From positions 1-26,248 of IMG/VR virus record IMGVR_UViG_3300032289_000414: DNA of 26,248 nucleotides. One strand, 5' to 3'. The stretch is from a virus. Its lineage: Duplodnaviria > Caudoviricetes. Position numbers and translations under genes: made by a program. Under the pieces are notes generated by a model. It saw nothing but the letters and a program-made list of their open reading frames with translations. It did no database searches and was not told the DNA's origin. Below are positions 24,716-26,248 of the stretch, one piece after another. Position 1 is the stretch's first letter; each line of letters begins with the position of its first letter.

Positions 24716-26247
24716 TATTTCGCTCCTTTAAGGTATGAGGTCAGCGCCTTGGTTTTTGGTGGAATCTTGTTGATGGGAGCGGAGCGCTTGTGTGCGCGAA
24801 TGCTCTCACGGAACTTGTCCAAAGCCTGTGCGCCTGCCTTTGTTGAGCCGTTGCCAATCTGAGCCACAGTCTCAGCGTCAATCACATACTCGCCATCCGC
24901 CAGCATAGCTGGGATGTCATCCGATTGTCCATCGCCTGCTCCATGCACGGCAGAACCTTTGCGGAAATCCAAGCGACCTTGAGTCAATGGCACGTCAGAA
25001 ACGTGAGGCAAGCCACCCTTGCGCATTGGAGGAGCCATACCCTGCTGTTGGGGCATGATGCCCTGCTGTGGCATACCCTGTGGCATTTGTTGCGCCATCT
25101 GTGGGGGAGCCTGCTGTGGGAGTCCTTGCTGTTGCGTCTGCTGAGGCGACTGCTGTTGACCAATCTGGGGCATCATCTCAGGTGGATTCATTGGGGGCTG
25201 TTGACGCATCCCTAAGTTCGCCAAGATGTCCGCAGGTTGACCGAAGGTGTAGTACGAGGCCACGGGGGTAGCCATCGAGGACAAGCCGCCAGAGGCCATT
25301 TTGGGAGCCTCTGTGGTAGTTTCGGCAGGAACTTCTTCGTAGCCGTAGTCGCCTTCACGCACTGGGTTGAACCCCGGCGCGTTCAGGTTCCTCAGCAACT
25401 CCTCGTTTGGCGTGTAGTCACCACCACCTGTGCCATAGTCTTCGTACCCCACAAACCGAGTTGGGCCAATGCCAAAGTCAGTTGTTCGTGGGTTGATGAC
25501 GCCTACCTTAGACATATCCAAGCCTGCGTTCTGGTTGCCTGTACCACCGCTAAAGTCTTCGCCAAGCAAGGTGGCAATCAAAGCGCCAGCACCAGCCGCG
25601 CCTGCGGTTGTACCCAGAGCGCCAGTGAGGGCGTCATAGCCGCCTCCGACAAGACCTTTGAAAACGTCTACGCCCTTGTCCAAATAACTTCCAAGCGATG
25701 GAGAGCGACTGCCGCTTCCTGCGGACGTAATGTCTTCTGGAACTTCAGCCGCACGGTAAAACACATCGTTCTTAAAGATGTTGCCCAGCGAGTCGGTGGT
25801 GTAGTAGTCTTCTTCAGGAGTCGATGAATACACAAAATCAGGGTTGACGTTGGTGATTTGTCCGTCGTCAGACGAGTACAGGTAATCATCTGTCATCATG
25901 TCGTAGGTGAAACGACCAATGGTGTATGTGCCATCTCCGTTATCGACTGCGCCTTCAGGCATATAGCCACCACTTGCCATATGGGCAACTCCGCCTTGTT
26001 TCATCATGGTAATCAAGCCTCCGCGCTTGTAATCATAGTATTCGTCTCCGTCATCTTCTTCGGTCGAATATCGGTCATTAACGTCGTAATCTATGTAATC
26101 TGGATTGAAAAGGTTGTAATCTTCTTCAACAATGTCTTCTGGCACTTCAGCGGCGCGGTACAACTCATAGCCGCCATCTGGGCTGAGTCTGTAAATATTT
26201 CCACTGCCGTCGTCATAATATTGCTCTTCGTTGACCGTTGATTCTTC
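24715..26247 (-). CDS. Large virion-associated protein (5' end outside the window)
   Basis: The frame stays open past the TTG at 26163 to the window edge (EESTVNEEQYYDDGSGNIY...). The C-terminal VHGAGDGQSDDIPAMLADGEYVI resembles the G.G...D.IPA.LS.GE.V motif of tape-measure proteins. Confidence 0.65.
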   Translation of the reverse strand, partial: EESTVNEEQYYDDGSGNIYRLSPDGGYELYRAAEVPEDIVEEDYNLFNPDYIDYDVNDRYSTEEDDGDEYYDYKRGGLITMMKQGGVAHMASGGYMPEGAVDNGDGTYTIGRFTYDMMTDDYLYSSDDGQITNVNPDFVYSSTPEEDYYTTDSLGNIFKNDVFYRAAEVPEDITSAGSGSRSPSLGSYLDKGVDVFKGLVGGGYDALTGALGTTAGAAGAGALIATLLGEDFSGGTGNQNAGLDMSKVGVINPRTTDFGIGPTRFVGYEDYGTGGGDYTPNEELLRNLNAPGFNPVREGDYGYEEVPAETTTEAPKMASGGLSSMATPVASYYTFGQPADILANLGMRQQPPMNPPEMMPQIGQQQSPQQTQQQGLPQQAPPQMAQQMPQGMPQQGIMPQQQGMAPPMRKGGLPHVSDVPLTQGRLDFRKGSAVHGAGDGQSDDIPAMLADGEYVIDAETVAQIGNGSTKAGAQALDKFRESIRAHKRSAPINKIPPKTKALTSYLKGAK

Positions 26248-26248
26248 A

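Noticed and set aside
26161-26163. TTG as the start of the 482-aa ORF
   Set aside because: The frame is open to the window edge and the upstream sequence continues the same repeat pattern.

Overview
About 26 kb of a tailed dsDNA phage genome (Caudoviricetes, podovirus-like gene set; a betaproteobacterial host is only weakly suggested). Left end, minus strand: terminase small and large subunits, a 1104-aa modular polyvalent-type protein (ParB-like and ADP-ribosyltransferase-like domains) and a portal gene running off the window edge. Middle: small early genes under repeated sigma70-like promoters, a C5-cytosine DNA methyltransferase coupled to a CmoA-like gene, Ref-like and RusA nucleases, a replication module (DUF1376 initiator, CHC2 zinc finger, SF4 helicase, Cro-like HTH) and a divergent SSB/exonuclease operon. 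Right end: internal virion or ejection proteins, including a lytic transglycosylase. Main findings: (1) a probable DNA carboxymethylation cassette, with a motif-X Asn->Arg methyltransferase, a CmoA-like cofactor synthase and an alternative-frame subunit nested in the methyltransferase gene; (2) virion proteins punctuated by a recurring double-glycine motif, with a C39-like peptidase candidate nearby; (3) a structured, possibly switchable RNA in the terS leader; (4) a shared operator, promoter and iteron motif network. No integrase, CI repressor, tRNA or CRISPR array was seen. All alignments were done by eye.
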